Assembly: GCA_964019425.1 (NCBI GenBank)
Contig: OZ025785.1
Location: 992,001-1,056,000, forward strand
From: Flectonema sp. DT1601
Lineage: Eukaryota
Reading direction: 5' to 3'
DNA length: 64,000 nucleotides
Positions 58,151-64,000 of the stretch are shown one piece after another. The notes beneath the pieces were generated by a model. It saw only the letters and a list, made by a program, of their open reading frames with translations, did not search any database and was not told the DNA's origin. The position numbers were made by a program, and so were the translations under genes. How positions within the stretch are numbered: position 1 is the stretch's first letter; every line of letters begins with the position of its first letter.

Positions 58151-61100
58151 TTTCCCCGATTGCACTTGAAGTCTATGGAGGTTTAGGCCCACAAGCTGTG
58201 AGGACCCTGAGCCGACTGTCGCAGCTGCGAGCCATTGCCACAACAGTACCCCTACGGGAGGTTGCAGGCCTGTATGCCAGGAGGGTCTCAACCCAAGTGG
58301 TGGTCTGCACTGCAGAAGCCCTCAGGGCAAGAGGAGCATCGCTCATACACCAGGCAGCGTTATCCGCTAGTAAGCCGCACACGCCACACATGCCGCCTGC
58401 ACCGAGCACATCCGATGACGTGTCATTGTCCGCATCGACCCCACAACCTATGGATCCAACTCCAGACCCAACCACACCGGATGCCGGAGGGATCGGCCGG
58501 TCAGCGGAACCCGAGGGGGATACAGTTACCAGGCCGGCCACGAAGCCAGAGGAACCCGCAACGAGTCTAGTAACTCCACAACACAAAGCTGGAGTGCCGA
58601 GGGAGTTCGAATCGACACCAGTGCCGGCCCCGCAACCGACCACGACTGACGACGGAGGACCCGTTCCGATAGCTACATCGGTGTCCGTTCCAGCCGCTAC
58701 CCTGTCAACCGAAGGACGGAACGAGACCGCATCGTTTGATCCAACTACCGCTGCCCCGACACCTCCTGGCCCAATCATATCTACCGCCGGAGGTTTAGAG
58801 GTATCGGAGCCTGTGCTGAGTCCTTCGACTAGTCCGCAAGGGGTGTCCGCCGAACCCACTATGAGCCTCACAACTCCACTACACAAAGCCGGAGAGCCGA
58901 GAGAGCTCGAACCAGTGCCGGCGCAGGCCCCGTTACCGACCACGACTGACGATGGAGGATCCGACCCGACAGCCACACCAGTGTCCGCACCGATGGCACC
59001 CTTACCAGCTGGAGGGAGAAACGAGAAAACATCGACTGAACCAGTCACCGCTGCCCCGACCCCTCCTGGCCCAACCATATCCATCGCCGGAGGTTTAGGG
59101 ATATCGGAGCCTGTGCCGAGTCCGTCGACTAGTCCGCAAGGATTGCCCGCAGAACCCGCTACGAGTGTCGCAATTCCACTACACAAAAACGGAGAGCCGT
59201 GTGAGTACGAATCAACACCAGTGCCGACCCCGTTACCGTACACGACTGACGACGGAGGACCCGACCCGACAGCCACACCAGTGTCCGCTCCGACGGCTTC
59301 CTTACCAGCTGGAGGGAGAAACGAGAAAACATCGACTGAACCAGCCACCGCTGCCCCGACCCCTCCTGGCCCAACCATATCCATCGCCGGAGGTTTAGGG
59401 ATATCGGAGCCTTTGCCGAGTCCGTCGACTAGTCCGCAAAGATTGCCCGCAGAACCCGCTACGAGTGCCGCAATTCCACTACACAAAGACGGAGAGCCGT
59501 GTGAGTACGAATCAACACCAGTGCCGACCCCGTTACCGTACACGACTGACGACGGAGGACCCGATCCGACAGCCACACCAGTGTCCGCTCCAGCTGCCTC
59601 CTTGCCAGCCGTCGGACCGAACGAGTTCACGTTGCACGTTCCAGCCACCGCTGCCCCGACCCCTCCTGGCCCAACCACATCCATCGCCGGAGGTTTAGAG
59701 GTATCGGAGCCCGGGCTGAGACTGCCACTCAACAGACCTCTAGAAGCGCCGGTTGATCCGGCATCAGCTGTAGACGTAACTTCCTCGCCAGCCGCTAAAC
59801 GAACCGAGACGGATCAGACCGCTCCAGTCACCGCTGTCCCTACTCCTCCGGGCCCAACCAGATCCATTGCCGGAAGTTTAGAGTTACCGGAGCCGGAGCC
59901 GAGACCGTCTTTTCGCCCGCAAGGAGCGCCGGTTGAACCCACAATGGAAACAGGCAATCCTTCACTGCCAATAGGCGGACGGAATGTATTCATATTGATC
60001 GACCCAGCCGCTGCTGTCCCTATGCCCCCTGGCCCTTCCAAATCCACTGCCGGAGGTTTAGAGATATCGGAGACCGGGCTGAGGCCGCATGAATCGCCCA
60101 CTGATCCAATCGCTACGCACGGTGGAGAGATAACGCCGAACGAAGCCGCCCTGTCTGTTCCAGACTCTGCCGTCATGCACCTTCCTGGCCCAATAACAAC
60201 TTCTGACGGACGATGGCAGGAACCGGAGTCGGTCCCGGGTACGCCCTTGACACAGAGAGGGCCGTCACTCACTTCGAAACCCGAGAGTCCAGCAATAGAA
60301 CACCCTCCGACCTTCATACCCTTTGGAGTAGGCCTGGAGGGGATTCAGAATCTCGGGGATTCCTGCTACATGAACGCAGCGCTGCAGTGCCTATGCAAGG
60401 GCATGCCTCTTCCGGAATGCAACAAATTGCCGGAACACTCAGCAGACTGTGTCTTATGCACCCTGAGGGAGCTGAAGCGATCGGGGTCTGTTTTGGCAGC
60501 GAAGAAGATATGGGAATGGATGAAACCACGCTGCGGTCCGGGACAATCAGAAGCCGAACATGCACTGTCAGAGCTGCTCGAAGCAATCGTTGAGGCGGGA
60601 GCTCCACCAGTCGACTTCGTGTCCACGGTAACGCAAATCCGCACGTGTCAAGTCTGCGAAGACATACACACGGTACGGTATAGAACGCCCATCCTCAGAC
60701 TGGAACCAGACCAAAAGACAGCTTCTGCCCTTGACGAAACGACGACAAGCCCGACAGACTTCACCTGCCCGAGTTGTAAATCGTGCTCAGCGGAGATCGT
60801 TACATCGGTAGACGAGCCAGCCCGTTCGCTGTTCCTTGGGTTCAAAGAGGGACATTTCGGAGATACCAAACCCGATGAAGTCACCCTTCCAGAATCCTTC
60901 ATAGACGCATCGAGCCGCCTCTACACCCTGACTGGAATGATCCAACACGTCAGATTAAACGAGGTCTCGGGGCACTATGTGTCGTATACGACAAATGGAA
61001 GGGGGGGATGGCTGAAACAAGACGATTCTGCCGAGGGAATCTACACGTCGAAGGTCACACAAGTAAAGCCCTGCGTCGCCCTGTACCTGAGACGAGAGCA

Positions 61101-63321
61101 GCTACCCTCCTCCACCCAGGATCCAAGACGGATTTTAGCACCCTCCAACAGGAAGCCATCTTTCTTCTACGGAGTCGCCGAAGGCAGATCCCCGGGAGTC
61201 TATACCACGTGGGAGGAAACGAAGAGGGAGGTGCACAAATACAGAGGCGCCGTCCACCAAAGATTCGTCCTCCGCGAGTCGGCCCAGCGATTTGTCGAGA
61301 GGTACAACCCACCATCAGGGGATACCAAAGTCGCTCCACCGCCGGGCAGCAAATGGTACGCAGTAGTCAGGGGCCGAAAGTCCGGTCTGTACGACTGCTG
61401 GCGCGAAGCGAGCTCGATGGTAAACGAGTTCACCAGAAGCCGGTACAAGGCCTTCAACTCGCGATTGGAAGCCTCTCTATACTGGTGGGACCACATGGCA
61501 GGGGGACCTCAACAGGACTCGCCTCGCATGTGCCTATTCTTTGCCAGTCATAGGAACTTGAACACTGGGAGGACGGGGGCGGCCGCCTGCCTGTTGGACA
61601 CGCAACTGCACAAGTTGACGGCCAGCTGGGGTGCGACGCTCGACACTGCAGACCTCGGGCTAGCCTCCTACTATGCTGCCCTCAAGGGGATACAGAAGAT
61701 GAGTCAACAGGATAGAAATGCCACCTGGAGTTGCAGAGGAAATATGAACACGTGGAGTGCGACAACACGGACGGGACTGGCGGGGGCTGTGCCGGACACA
61801 TGGAGCTTCCTCAACACACCAAACGTCGCCAACAACTGTGCGCAGTTCAAGGCGGAAGAGGTGTCCTCTCGAGATTACTGCTCGCTGATGGACGTGTTGA
61901 GACGTACCTCAGAACTGGAAGGGGAGCTGGGATTACGGTTAACCAAGAAACCGAGATCCCCAGATTCCGATTCGCAGGGAGAGTCTGCCTCGGTCAAAAA
62001 ACCAAAGGCTGAGGCAGACCATCCACCGCCCGCCATAGCCGACCCCGTTAGAAGCCCAACGCCACCGGCCAGTCCGAGGAGCAAGAAGCAGTGGTCCCCT
62101 GGTTCAGATTCGCAAGACGAGCCTGTATCAGTGAAGAAGCCGAAGACGTCCGCACCTGAAGTGGCCCGAGAAGACTCAGTGACTTCAGAAGGCCCCCCAC
62201 TAGTAGATAACCAACGGAACCCGACGGTCACGACGGAGATAGAAAATGTAGCGCCGACCGCCTCACCTGTTGAAACTGCAGTTACAACCAATGTCGGCCA
62301 GAGTAAGCCGGAGCCAAAGGAAACCGACATCCCACCGCCGAATGCAAGTCAGGAATTGGAAGATGCCACGGCCAGCGCCACACCAGTCACTAGACCGACA
62401 GATTTGCCCACCGAAGGCAGTCCCCTGCCGTCAGCCAGTCTAAGGACGATAGTTGCAACCATAGACCCGCCGGAGAAAGGTGAACACGATGCCTCCGAAG
62501 ATACAGTAAACACCCTCAAGGAAGAAGTATATGATGCCCCTGGAGATCAGACAGACACCCTCACCGGGGAAGTACGCGATGCCTCCGAAGAACCAGCGGA
62601 TATTCTTACCGAAGTAGAACATGATGCCGCCGGAGAACTAGCAGACACCCTCGCCGAAGAAGTGCGCGATACCGCCGAACAACCAGCAGACATCCTTACC
62701 GAAATAGAACAGGATGCCTCCGGAGAACTAGCGGACGCCCTCGACAATGAAGTGTGTGACACCTCTGAAGAACCAGTAGACATCCTCACCAAGGAGGAAC
62801 GCGACTTGTCCAGCCCGTCATCGCAGTTACAAGCATACGACAAGGAGACCCACACTCCCCCTGTGGCCAGAACGCTAGACCTCGACAGCCATAACAGCTC
62901 TACAGAAGATCCGACACCGAAGACCAGAAGAGCAAGGAGCAGCCCACCCCGGACGGGGACAAGTAGCTCCGATGTCTCCACAAACGATACCGAAGATACC
63001 CGACCGACATGTGACCATGCACCGCCGTTGCAAAAGGGACCAAGGGTCAAATGCGACTTCTGCCATAGATTGTTGCAACGGAAATGGTTCAGGAGCAGAT
63101 GCACGAAGTGCCAGATAACGACCTGTCGAAGATGTTGGACCGCCGGAGTGGAGACCGCCTCCAGAGCCTTGGATCACCCAGACAGTACACCAAGACACAG
63201 GAGGACGAGGTCGTGCCCATCCTCGAACGAGAAGACAAAGAAGAAGATATCGCCATACAGTTCCGCGGACTCAGAGAAGACCAACCTGAGTCCGGGGAAG
63301 AGACTTAAAGACGACTGCTGA
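58151..63321 (+). CDS. C-terminal about 1720 aa of a probable RLE non-LTR retrotransposon polyprotein: RLE C-terminus, Pro/Thr repeats, USP (peptidase C19), 2x RNase H1 hybrid-binding domain, degenerate RNase H, acidic repeats, Cys finger
   Basis: xSPIALEVYGGLGPQAVRTLSRL...RRVS (RLE end); GIQNLGDSCYMNAALQCL and GHYVSY...WLKQDDS (USP); FYGVAEGRSPGVYTTWEE and WYAVVRGRKSGLYDCWRE (HBD); CDFC..CTKC..CRRC. No stop codons; the 5' part is lost in the gap. Confidence 0.85.
58540..59730 (+). repeat. Four 300-bp (100-aa) coding tandem repeats, followed by shorter diverged copies to about 60200
   Basis: Sequence lines at 58561, 58861, 59161 and 59461 align; repeated peptide PLHK.GEP.E.E...TTDDGG.DPTATPVS...AAPTPPGPT.S.AGGL. 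Confidence 0.95.
62482..62796 (+). repeat. Seven 45-bp (15-aa) acidic coding repeats
   Basis: EHDASEDTVNTLKEE / VYDAPGDQTDTLTGE / VRDASEEPADILTEV / EHDAAGELADTLAEE / VRDTAEQPADILTEI / EQDASGELADALDNE / VCDTSEEPVDILTKE. Confidence 0.9.
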
Positions 63322-63954
63322 GATCTGTGGGTGTACTCACACGTCCCCTCCCCCTCCTCCTCCCCCACCCCCCCCCTTTATACCCACCGGAATAGATAAT
63401 TTCTTTTAAAAGTGTCACTGTGAGACCTCAAAGAAAGCCGCACGTCCTCGGCAAAAAGAAGCCTGAGATGCTGACAAAAAGTCGATCTGTTAGTGAAACC
63501 TTGCCACTTAGCTTAGCTCTTCCAAAAACAACCAAGGCGGAACAAGATTGACTGCGTCGAAGGTGGAAACCGACAGCGTGCGAAGAAGAAAAAAGTAAAA
63601 GACTTAGGTAAAGCATACAACAGGTTATTAGGGAATAACCGCCGTCACACGGAAGAGTGATGAGTAAACCAGGGGCAATAATTACAACTTGGTCCACCGG
63701 GCTGGTGACAATGTTCCAACGTAGCATGCTAGGGCTAAGACAAGAGATGCGCCTGACGCGGGTGGAGTAGAGTCTTGTTATATTTTGGAGAGCAACGTTT
63801 TCGAACTACCCACAATATACCCGTCAGGAGGCAACTTGTACTTGGCTTACAATTTTAAAGACTACCGGTTTTCTCAGATAGAATTCCAGCAGACAAAGAA
63901 AAGTAAAAGAACTGTACTAGCATGTGGTTTCTTCCCGGCATCTTCGCTTCGGCG

Positions 63955-64000
<46 letters not shown>

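Larger units (their letters stand above)
58151..64000 (+). mobile_element. 3' portion of a probable CRE-like non-LTR retrotransposon with about 630-nt 3' UTR and poly(A) tail
   Basis: RLE-like C-terminal motif at the gap edge, higher GC than flanks, intronless, terminal hairpin and at least 46 A from 63955. The RT domain itself is not visible. Confidence 0.7.

Noticed and set aside
58173..59732. 519-aa antisense ORF (and antisense ORFs over the mucin, poly-His and Pro-rich genes)
   Set aside because: Shadow frames of GC-rich or repetitive coding sequence.

Overview
Eukaryotic nuclear DNA, most plausibly a euglenozoan protist such as a diplonemid. This is an inference from the strand-uniform gene cluster, short GT-AG introns with A/C-rich acceptors and TATE-like/CRE-like retroelements. 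Left half (1-30 kb): about ten protein genes, all on the minus strand (Tctex-1 dynein light chain, Cys-repeat/acyltransferase-3, beta-helix carbohydrate-active enzyme, mucin-like membrane protein, poly-His CCCH protein, SAM+WW protein, BTB/KCTD protein, C7orf25/DUF1308-like, two hypotheticals), plus tRNA-Phe and tRNA-Arg on the plus strand. Two introns are expanded by transposon relics. Right half (31-64 kb): a repeat domain with no recognisable host genes. It holds a MULE transposase, a piggyBac remnant, tyrosine-recombinase (TATE/DIRS-like) fragments, about 12 kb of AT-rich satellite whose monomers carry three small hairpins, and a 5'-truncated HERO-like RT-RLE retrotransposon with a long C-terminal extension. 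After a 200-N gap lies the 3' part of an apparent CRE-like RLE retrotransposon. Its ORF continues past the endonuclease into an intact-looking USP deubiquitinase, two RNase H1 hybrid-binding domains, a catalytically dead RNase H fold and a Zn finger, and the element ends in a cUUCGg hairpin plus poly(A). The two best candidates for novelty are this USP/RNase-H-bearing retroelement and the hairpin satellite, which shows compensatory base changes and sequence links to retroelement 3' ends. All domain calls are by eye; no searches were run.
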